Source: Camelus dromedarius (taxonomy: Eukaryota). From it: 64,000 nt of DNA. Below the pieces are notes generated by a model that did not search any database, had not been told where the DNA came from, and was given only the letters and a program-made list of their open reading frames with translations. The stretch's first letter is position 1. Each line of letters opens with the position of its first letter. Positions 54,231-64,000 of this stretch are shown here, in pieces. The stretch lies in NCBI RefSeq assembly GCF_036321535.1, contig NC_087437.1, forward strand, positions 81,346,001-81,410,000, in the 5' to 3' direction. The translations under genes were made by a program, and so were the position numbers.

Positions 54231-55923
54231 AGATCTTATATTAAAACAGAACTCTATCCTTCTTGATATTTCAGTTGAGATTTTCTGGATAATTCAAAAT
54301 TTCATTAAGTCTTTTGAAAAGTTGAATGATCAGAACTGCAAAAAATATTCAGAAGAATCCGTTTATATATAAGTAAAGTTAGTTTCTAATTTTTCTCCAA
54401 TTTTGAACATAAATTATAATCCACAGAGAGGCTAATTTCAGACAGGCTATTTTCAAGTGGGTCTTCTGTATATTACTATAGTCTGTGCATTTTTATTATA
54501 TGCACAGAAATATATAACATATATTATATGTATAATTATATACATTATCTATGGCAGCAAAGCTGTGCTAAAAACATACTGACAGAGGATGCAAAAAAAA
54601 TATGATGACAGTTGGAAGGAGTGAGATTTGAGGCAAAGAAACTAGTGATGCAGCTTCCACAACTTATTCACATGAGACCAAATAATCATCCGTTCAAGTG
54701 TCTTTTCAAATGAAAGACAGATACAAGAGCCATTTCATTTTACACGGCAGACTTGTAATTATATGGCATGTAATTTTCCTTCCAGGCACTCACCACAATT
54801 TGCAACTACATACTTATTTCCATATATATTTGTACAATGTCTGTCTTCCCTTCTGAGAATGTAAATTCCATAGGAGATGGGAGTTTATCTGTCTTGTTCA
54901 CAGTTTTGCGTTCAGCTCCTCACATGTTGTTTGGCACACAGTAAGCCCTCAATATAAAAACTTTAAATGAGTGGCAAGAGACTCATTAAGTGTGAAAGGT
55001 AATGAAGAGAATCAGAAATAATTCTTGCTCTTTGGACAAATGGCTAATGCTAAATACGGGGCAGAGAAACTGACAGATGTGCTGGATCATCTTGCTGTGC
55101 CTGAAATAAGAAAATGCTTCTAGACTGACAGGGACATGACAGAACAACGTGAAGGGCTCCCTCTGGCTTGGAGAGAGAGAGTACACTTCTTGACGCAGGA
55201 ATTCAGTGACTAGATATAGAAAGAATGACAGATTAGAACATCATCGTGCAACCACGAGTGTAATAACATATTCTAGTAAGGAACATCAGTGAATATGGAA
55301 ACCACTGAGTAAAAGCTGGGGAACAGGATACTGACACAGTCTTAAAGAACCACCTCATGGATTACCTATTATTTACAAAGGGAAAAAAGTGAGACTTCAC
55401 AGTGTAGAAATCTGGCAGACGCTACTTTAAACAAGGATGCAAACTTAACACACCAGTAATGGGACAAACTGACCTCATGCACTTCCTGCTGTGTCATAGT
55501 AAAAAGACTTAATAATGATTAGAATTCTCACCAAAAATATTTAACCTGTATCTAATTAGGAAAATTTCAGACAAATTTTACATCGTAAAATATTCTACCT
55601 TCTATAAAGTAACTAACCTGAACACTTCAAATATTTGAATATCATGAATGGCCAAAACAAACAAATAAAAAAAGCAGAGGAATTATTCTGGCTAAAGGAG
55701 ACTAAAGAGAGATGATAGCTAAATAAACTGAGGGGGGGGAAGAAAAACCAGCTATAATGGACATTACCGTACAACTAGAGAAATCTAAATATGGTTATTA
55801 ACACAATAACATTACATTAATGTTAAATCTTGAGTTAAATTTTCTGAGTGAGGATAATAATCTTCTACTATGTAGGAGTGCCATTGTTCTTAGGAGATAC
55901 ATACATGCTTAAAGAATTTAGAG

Positions 55924-56194
55924 GGGAGGGTATAGCTCAGTGGTAGAGTGAGTGCCTAGCATGCACCAGTTTCTGGGTTCAAGCCCTAGTTCCTCCATTA
56001 AAAAAAAAAACTAATTACCTCCCCCAACAAAAAATATAAAAAAAAAATAGTCTGGGGGGAGGGTATAACTCAGTGGTAGAGTGACTGCTTAGCACGCACA
56101 AGGTCTTGGGTTCAACACATAGTATCTGCATTTAAAAATAAATAAATAAATAAACCTAATTACCACCCCTAAAAAGGAAAAAAAAATTTTTTTT
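55924..56194 (+). mobile_element. Tandem pair of Vic-1-type SINEs inside an old L1MC-like 3'UTR (about 55080-56370)
   Basis: Two units ggggagggtata(g/a)ctcagtggtagag...ctaattacc. Outer direct repeat aagaatttagag at 55912-55923 and 56195-56206. Confidence 0.9.
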
Positions 56195-57286
56195 AAGAAT
56201 TTAGAGATGACAGTCATGATATTTACAACTTACTTTCAAAATTTCAGGGAAAAAGCAGAAAAAGAGAGAAACAAAATACTAATAATTGGTGAATCGAGGT
56301 GAAGGATATATGGGTATTCAGCATTCTCTTTCAAATTTTCTGTAGATTTTTAATTTTTGTAAATAAAACTTCAGGAAAAACCTTTAAAACAAAAAATTCC
56401 TGAATCTACACATCTGAGAAAGCAGTGGTGAAGGAATTCAGTAGGGAGAAGTAATTCTGAAGGAAAGATGAATTCATCGCGAGACACCTTGAGTTTGAGA
56501 CGAGAACCAGGGGGGAATGAGCAACAGACCCATTTACTCCATGGGTACTCTTCTGTGCTGGGCCAGGGATTGTGCTCCACCCTGGGGATGGAGTTATGAA
56601 AACAAAACAGGACAAGCAACAACAGCAACAACAAAATCAGAGGCGGTCACTTTCATCATCAGTGTATCCTTATGGGGAAAGCAGTAGGCAAGCTAACAAA
56701 TGAACAAGCTCACATTTACAGATTGTTAAACATGTAGCATGTGATAAAAAATAACGAGTGCTGCACAAAATTGGGCCTTGACTGAAGGGGTCAAGGTGGA
56801 AAGAAATCTGTGTGTATAGGTAATTTATTAAATTAGATTTTTTTAAACTGTGTAATTCAAACCTTTCAAAAGTTCCACCACTTGAAAACTTAATATACTT
56901 TAAAATTTACTTTTATTTACAAAAACTTGCTGTTTAGCAATGCTTCTTTCTTTCATAGCTGTAAATTGGTAGTTATGTTTCTATTCAATACTAAGGAACC
57001 GTGGCATTAATGAGCTAGGGGACCATATTAATTTCATCTGACAAACTTGTAATTACATGGTATGTAACTCTTCTTCAAGGTACTTAACCACAGTTTGTAA
57101 TTATATGTTTATTTGTACGTATTTCTTAGCCTCTCCAGGACACAGTGTCCTACAAAATGAGTGTGTTGAACCAGATCTGATTTCTCTTCTAGGTTCCAAG
57201 GACTGTATTCTGGTGAGAATATGCTCAGAGGAGGTAATATCAGGATAGCAATTTCTCTCACGAGAAGAGCCTGCTTCCCTTCTTAC

Positions 57287-57399
57287 CTGGTGACAACCTG
57301 AAATAGAACTGTGAGAACCAGACCAGCAGTGGACAGCGCACATCCAATAGTGGAAAACACGTCTAGCGATTTAGGATATTTATAGTCTTTTTTGAAACT
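57287..57399 (-). CDS. ADGRG7: ADGRG7 exon about 11 (113 nt): stalk and TM1, SFKKDYKYPKSLDVFSTIGCALSTAGLVLTVLFQVVT(R)
   Basis: Translated by hand. IGCALS TM1 motif, acceptor ttttccag|A, donor AG|gtaaga. Confidence 0.95.
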
Positions 57400-57501
57400 C
57401 TGGAAAATAAGTTAAGACTCATTATTTTTAAATAACCATTCCTGAAATGTCTATGAAAGTCAACATCGTGAAGAGACACATTGTTTCAAATAGCCAGATT
57501 T

Positions 57502-57653
57502 TTTTTTTAATTTTAGGGTTTTTTTGTTTTTTTTTTTAGTTAGGGGAGGTAATTAGATTTATTTATTATTTTTAGAGGAGGTACTGGGGATTGAACCCAG
57601 GACCTCATGCTTACTAAGCATGTGCTCTACCATTTGAGCTATACCTCCCCCTC
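57502..57653 (-). mobile_element. Vic-1-type SINE, reverse orientation
   Basis: Reverse complement of the unit. TSD caaatagccagattt (57487-57501) and caaataaccagattt (57654-57668). Confidence 0.9.
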
Positions 57654-58721
57654 CAAATAACCAGATTTATTGGTCAAAATAGCTAGATATGTCTTTTTTA
57701 TATAAAGCTGTGATATATTTTAAAAGGAAATAAATTAACCCCTTATCTCCAAGCAGTTTACATGAAATAGAGGCTTGAGAACAGTTATCTATCTAATTCA
57801 GTCTGGGAAAACATATGTACTATTCGTCGATGTCTAAAACCAAAGTTGTTTGCATTAGATCTAAGTTGGCTAGAGTTGCTTTATTTACCCATTACATTAT
57901 CTTTATGTTTAACTATACTCCAGGGGGAAATCTGGATAGCTAAGCTAATGCACTAAAAATAAAGTTGCAGAAATACTTTTATGGACATAGAAAGATGTTT
58001 TCACATAATCCTGTTCATTTTTTTGGAAAAGGAGGTCTAACTTTTATGTAATATATCTATATTATGCCAATATTTTAGTTATATTCACAGGAAAGTATAC
58101 TCCATGTGAGGATGTACTCTTAGAAATCGGAAGAAGCAATACAGTGGTCCCTGGGTGGGTAGGATGTAGGAACATAATTATTTTTGCTTATCTGTACTCT
58201 CTAATGTTTTAAATTGTTAAAAATTTAAAAAGCTGTATATGCTTATTCATAAAACATGAAAGTAATATAAGACATAATTTTTTTAAAGTGCACATTCCCC
58301 TTGACTGCCAGTATCCCCCAGTCTTCCTCTTGAAATCCTCTCTTCTCCAGAGGTGATCTTTTTTTAGGTACTCATAAATATTATCTATGTCTCTTGCGCA
58401 AATATACAGAAGTTTGTTAACATAACAGGATTATTCTCAAATTGCTATTTTAATTTAAGATATCATACACATTTTCCCATATCAGTATATTTCTGTTTAG
58501 TAAGTAGACTTTCATTCTACATGCAATAAGTATGTATTTCTTTGTAGAAAAAAAAGAAAAATAAACTTCATTTAAAAAATAATAAAACAAAAATTTCATG
58601 TTACTTCTTATGTGCAGTATGCTAAGCAGATGACAAAGAATCACAGAATACATAAATCTTCAGATCTTAGAAATCATCTATTCACTCAGCCTCAATCTGC
58701 TCTTACTTTACATTTAATTCT

Positions 58722-58870
58722 GGGGCAGGGTACAGTTCAGTGGTAGAGGGCGTGCTTAGCATGCATGAGGTCCTGGGTTCAATCCTCAGCACCTCCATTA
58801 AAGAGTAAGTAAATAAACCTAATTACCTCCCCACCGCAAAATGTAATAAAGTTAAAAAAAAAAAAGTAAA
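58722..58870 (+). mobile_element. Vic-1-type SINE
   Basis: tRNA-Ala(AGC)-like head, cctaattacctcccc, A tail. Degenerate TSD tacatttaattct / tacatataatcct. Confidence 0.9.
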
Positions 58871-60070
58871 TACATATAATCCTAATCAGACTTTTTAAAA
58901 TTTTGCATCACAAAACTAATTACAAGCATGAGTAGGTAGGCACTGAAGTAGATTCAGATATTGGTAAGAATAGTTGAAAGTCTGACCTCAAAAAAGGAGA
59001 AAGATAACTATGACAACAGAGTCTGTATCATTTACTATGTAAAGCAATCTGAGCTTTTCACAGCTATTCGATGATACTAATGATCTTAAGACATCAAAAA
59101 ATTTAAAATTTTATCTTTACTATTTTCTGAGTGTGAAAGCAGATCTCACTATAGTACAAGTTAGAAAATGAATAATTAAAATCAATTTTAAAATATTTGG
59201 TAATTAAAATAAGAAACTATAGTTATCTCAAAAACATATTAAAAGCACGTTTCTATAATCTGCTCCCCACTGGCTTCCCAAATATAGGTACATCTTAGCT
59301 ACTGGGAAAAGAAAACATCTGCTTCACTTTGCAAGATTCATAGCGTTACCGGCCCCTTCGAAAGGATAAGGCACTCGACATCCCTCCCCATTCCACTGCA
59401 CATAAAAACATTCCATCCAGGATATAAACTAACGTTTTTGTTTTCACCAGAATAATACTTTCTGGAGAACAAACAGGGTCAGTCCAAGAACTCTGAGGCG
59501 TATAAACAGCTGCACACCAGAGCTGACTACTATCAGTTGTACAGGGTAGCATCAGAGTTACAAGGAACACACAGAGGAACTATGGGACAAGTGGAATTAA
59601 AGAGCTTTTCCTCTTCTATCTTATACCGTAAATTTAGCAATTTAAATGATTACAGTGGAAAAAGCTTCAGGTAACTGATTTAAAGTACCCACCCATTGTT
59701 AAGTACATACTAGACCTGTCCTCAGCTCACAGCTACACAGCCTCACCTCTGGCTGTAGCACCTTCGTGCTTCAGACATGTGCGGTAATGTAACTGAATGG
59801 GTCTGTCAACTCCTCTTCTGCACATGGGCTCCCTTCTCATTCTTAAGTACACTGTACTAAAAGCATCCATCCAGAGACCATACTGCAAAAAATTCTATTC
59901 TACTTGCCTTTACCAACACTTCCCTTTTTAGTCCTGTAACTCCATTCCCTGTTTTTCCATTTAATCTGAGTTGAGTATCTACGTAAACTAACCCCCAAAT
60001 AATCTCCAGTCAGCACATACCAGAACTGTGTACAAGGAAAATTCTTGTCCGGGAAGAGACACACCCTTAC

Positions 60071-60226
60071 CATTAATACAGCAAAATTAGTAGTGTGGCT
60101 GCAGCGGCAGTGCAGGAACCCGTCAGTGACTCCTTCTTTGTGACAGCCATATGTATCCCAATCCTTCATGGAAAAATTCCAATAGACGCAGGCATAGGAA
60201 TGAAGCTGGAATTCTGTTTGGTTGTA
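60071..60226 (-). CDS. ADGRG7: ADGRG7 exon about 10 (156 nt): GPS motif and tethered-agonist start, YNQTEFQLHSYACVYWNFSMKDWDTYGCHKEGVTDGFLHCRCSHTTNFAVLM
   Basis: GPS pattern CxxW..W..GC..CxCxHxTxFAVLM. Acceptor tcacag|T, donor ATG|gtaagg. Confidence 0.96.
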
Positions 60227-60564
60227 CTGTGAATTGATAAGACAATTGCAACTGATTTTTCAAAATGCTTAACTGTAGGAAAAATTAAATAGGCTAAGAC
60301 AAGCATATGAGATATCAACTGAATATGTACAAAGCATAGCATCTTCATTATAGATTAGGGAGAGGGAAAAGGATATAAAATTCAAATTAGTTAGTTTTGC
60401 ATTTAGCTAATCTGACAAAAATATGGATGGGGGAAAATTTAAGTGAATAATGTCAAATAATCTTTCAAAGAGCCGTCCTGTGGATTTCTTTTGTCCACAC
60501 TATCCCTGCTTCTGTAATCAAGAGTGGGCTGAATTTTTTTATTTTTGTTAATGGGAAAACTCAC

Positions 60565-60728
60565 CCTTGGACTGAAGACCATTTCAACAGAAGCACTCTG
60601 ATCTTCCACGTCTTCATCAGTTTTGCTTGAGATAATTTTTTGACTAAAATTTGATTTAGTTATAAAAGTTTTTGATTGGAAGAGTTTGTTGTTTTGATAC
60701 ACTACAAAGCCACATGCCTTGGCATTAG
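60565..60728 (-). CDS. ADGRG7: ADGRG7 exon about 9 (164 nt): GAIN domain, NAKACGFVVYQNNKLFQSKTFITKSNFSQKIISSKTDEDVEDQSASVEMVFSPR
   Basis: GAIN-type FVVYQN..LF motif. Acceptor ccctcacag|CT, donor AGG|gtgagt, in frame with the next exon. I found no upstream exon within the window. Confidence 0.94.
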
Positions 60729-61959
60729 CTGTGAGGGGGAAAAAAGACACTAAAATCAATAAATGAACTCTAGGGTAAGTAAGAAACAAAGCCCCAAGCC
60801 ATAATTGAACTACATGACTGCTTAATATTTGAGTGAAGTACAGAAAAAATGGTTTGCTAGCTGCCTTTGCTTAATTACAGTATGCAATTAGCATATATAA
60901 TCTGTGCTTGGCCATTCGACCCACATTAATTTTTTTTCCCTGATGTTAAGATTTCTTCTGTTCTAAATGGGAACCACAATTCCTGCCTAACAACCTCAAA
61001 AAAATATTGGAAGGCTCTCACGTATAAGGTAAACATTCTTGCTTTCTATGCAGTAAGACAGAGTGAACACAATGTACAGGTAGCTCGAGCCACGTTGTTT
61101 CACCCACTGGCAAGACACAGAACAAGAAACAGCAAAGGGTGAACATCAGCACAGCTGTGTCTAGAGAATTGCTCTGTGAGGTCTGCCTCCTACCCAAAGG
61201 GACTGAGTGGGGACCAGTCTACTAAGGCACAGAGCCAGAGCTCATGTTGCGCATATCAGGGACTCCTTCCGTGGAGCCAGAAACCTTTCATCATCTCATG
61301 AACTACTGGTCTCCAATACTTCATGACAATCATTGGCTTTTCCCAAGGATGGAAGATTACTGTGAAACATTTCTTCAGGACATTGGAAAAAGTAGTCAGC
61401 TGTTCCTCAAAGAGATCCCAGAAGAGCGTGGCTGCAGCACAGGGCTTTGCAGTCAGGCTGCCGATGGCAACGGTCAAACAGAACCACCTAAGGAACGCCT
61501 CCTGACACTTGATACAACTCTTGTCCATATTTAAGATTACAGAAGCAACAACAATAAATATACACTTTAGCTGAATTAATTCCCTAAATTCTGTTGTTTC
61601 TTATAAGCGATATAAGGGAAACTAATACAGAGGTGGTGAGATCGCCTAATCAGTCTTGTGGTCTGAAGGACTGGCGGGCAAGGCCCTGACAGCACCCAAA
61701 ACGTCCTCCACAGCCAGCCACTCTGCTCTGTCCTCTATGGGAAATAAGGATGTTGGTTTCTGGGGTGTTTTCAAGGCACACTGAACTCACCACACTGCTC
61801 CTCTTGGATACTAGGTGACAAAGTTACCCCTAAAAATGCAGGAAGACTTCTTTTTAATCTTATTTTTATAAAAGAATGACATGCTTAATGTAAAATTCCA
61901 AACTATGCAAGTATATAGATTTGAAAAATGAAATTCCATACCCACCCCTCTCCTCATTC

Positions 61960-62950
61960 CTCCAGTATTTCGGTCATTTATTAGAAACTCATCATTTCAT
62001 CTAGATAATCAGATTCATTAGACTAAATTATATTTACTGTTATCTTGTAATTTTTAAAACTCTATTATTTCTAGATATAACCTTCTATGATATTTATATA
62101 TGTTCTCTCTCTTTTCTTGATCAAATTTGTCAGAAGCTTGTCTATTTCACAGTCTTTTCATGGAATCAATTTGTTATTTTGTTGATAAAGCCCAGCATTT
62201 GTTAATTTCTATTTTTATTAATTTCTGCCTTGTTATTTATTAACTCCTTCCCTCTGGATTTCTTTACATTTATCTTATCTTTTATGCTTCTTTAGCTGAG
62301 TGATTATTTTTTAACATTTTCTTTTATTATCTAATAAACTTATCACAGAGCATACATTTTCCTTTAAATACATCTTTGCCTACATTGGTTTTGACCTATG
62401 GAGTTCTCACTGTAAGTAATTTTCAAGTAATTTGTACTCTGCACTTTAATTTCCTTTCTAACAATGGTGTTTTAAAATTTGTAACTGGATAACATTTTGG
62501 CTATTCTTTTGTGGTACACTTCTAGTTTTATTGCATTATGGTCATGAACTATGTCCTGTGTAACTTTTATTTTAGAAAACATAAGTTTTTCTATGTGGCC
62601 TATTAAATGGTCAGTTTTTGAAGCACTCCATGGATATTTGAAAATTATTTTTATTATCTATTGTCTGTCTACAAACAAAATTACACACACACACACACAT
62701 ATATAAAGGTCAAGTTTAGTATTTTATTTTTTTTTTGTCTACTTGATCTTCAATTTCTGGTATAGCTGCATTAAACTCTTTCCCTATAATACTGGTTTGG
62801 TCAGCAAACCCCTGTATTTCCAATAATTGTTGCTTATGCATTTCAATAGTGTCTTTTTAGGGGAAGAAAGAATTAGAGTATAGATAATTTTGGAGGCTTT
62901 TTAAACTCAACATAAAAACATGTTCCTTTCCATCTACTCTGAGTCTTTGT
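61960..62950 (-). mobile_element. Highly decayed ancient L1
   Basis: T-rich antisense-L1 text (tctagttttattgcattatggtca, tatgtggcct..tggtcagttttt). Boundaries approximate. Confidence 0.55.
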
Positions 62951-64000
62951 CTCTCAACAGTGTTACTTTAACCTATTTGACTATATTAATAGTTTATATA
63001 AAACAAAAAATTAAATCCCTATCTTTCATCAAACACAAACATAAATTTTAGGTGAACTGAAGACCTAAATGTAAACACAAACACTAAAAGCTTTCAGAAG
63101 AAAATATAAGAGACTATTATTGTGACTTTAGTATAGCAAAGAATGTTTTTTAAGTACCAATTATAGATGAAAAGATCGATACCTGGACTGCATTATAAAT
63201 TAAAACTTGAGCACGACAAAACATATGAAACACCAAGCAAACAACAGCTATACACTGGAGGGAAGATATCTGCAACTTACATAACTAATAAGGAATCACT
63301 AACCAATTAGAATATATAACCAATGAGAATTTTAAATTTAGTCTCTCTAAAATATGTACTTTCTAGCATTGGATATTTTTATTTGGGGAGAGAATAAAAG
63401 TAAATGTATGGGTTTGGTTTTATTACAGTCAAATTAATTAGTCAATTTTTTTTAGACTCTGAAAAGCACAAACATTTCAAGTTAGACATAAGAATTTCCG
63501 AAGGGCCATATGCAAGATGACTAGGAGCTCATGGTGGACACCAGACTAGGGGAGAGAACTGAAAATTGGTACTGCTAGATGATGACTGTGCCAATTATAT
63601 AAAATATCCCAAGGACAGATCTATAGGGTAAATTTGAGCCTGTGAGTACCATACCACTAGTAAAAATGGGCAAAAATGTGACTACATATTTTTAAGGTAT
63701 TTTGAAGTTTAAAACTGAACCACTTTACTAGCTAGATTTTTGTTAGAAGACAGATTTATGTACACAGTCACAGCATTTCAATTCTGCTACCCTCCAAAGG
63801 GTTTTTGAAAAGAAGGAAAGGGGGTAAAAAACAAAGAAATCATCTCTATGTCCTAGAACAGTAGAGGTGAGATTACCATAATTTGTCAGAGATCAAACGT
63901 ACTCAACCACAAATTAATCAGTGTGAAACTAAGTGAACATTACTTCTCCCTTAATGGATTCTAAGTTATTAACTCCATGAATTTGAGTGCATTTCTTAAT

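Noticed and set aside
54088..58870. tRNA-Ala(AGC)-like genes
   Set aside because: Each has the SINE 3' extension, an A-rich tail and stem-breaking substitutions, and most have TSDs. These are SINE heads, not tRNA genes.

Overview
Mammalian genomic DNA, most likely a camelid (alpaca/llama/camel). The evidence is five tRNA-Ala-derived Vic-1-type SINEs and no Alu, Bov-B/Bov-tA or PRE-1 elements that I could see. Two genes lie head-to-tail on the minus strand. (1) The 3' half of the adhesion GPCR gene ADGRG7/GPR128: 8 coding exons from the GAIN/GPS region through the 7TM to the stop codon (60728 to 34082), with a candidate polyA signal at about 33485. (2) The 5' part of TFG: CpG-island promoter at about 21400-22300 and coding exons 2-6 (17322 to 1123); its last exons lie left of the window. 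All 13 coding exons have AG/GT boundaries and join in frame. The rest is intronic or intergenic DNA full of L1, L2, MIR, LTR and DNA-transposon remnants. The only long ORF (45365-48871) is ORF2 of a young, 5'-truncated L1 with a perfect 15-bp target-site duplication (TSD). I found no convincing new biological system. The best leads are: that very young L1 and a candidate poison exon inside it; an ERSE/UPRE/CREB3-type motif cluster at the TFG 5' end; a dimeric Vic-1 SINE under one TSD; inverted SINEs around the ADGRG7 TM1 exon; and an apparent 4-residue deletion in TFG exon 5. Comparisons with human proteins and repeat consensus names are from memory and need alignment. Exon numbers follow the human genes.
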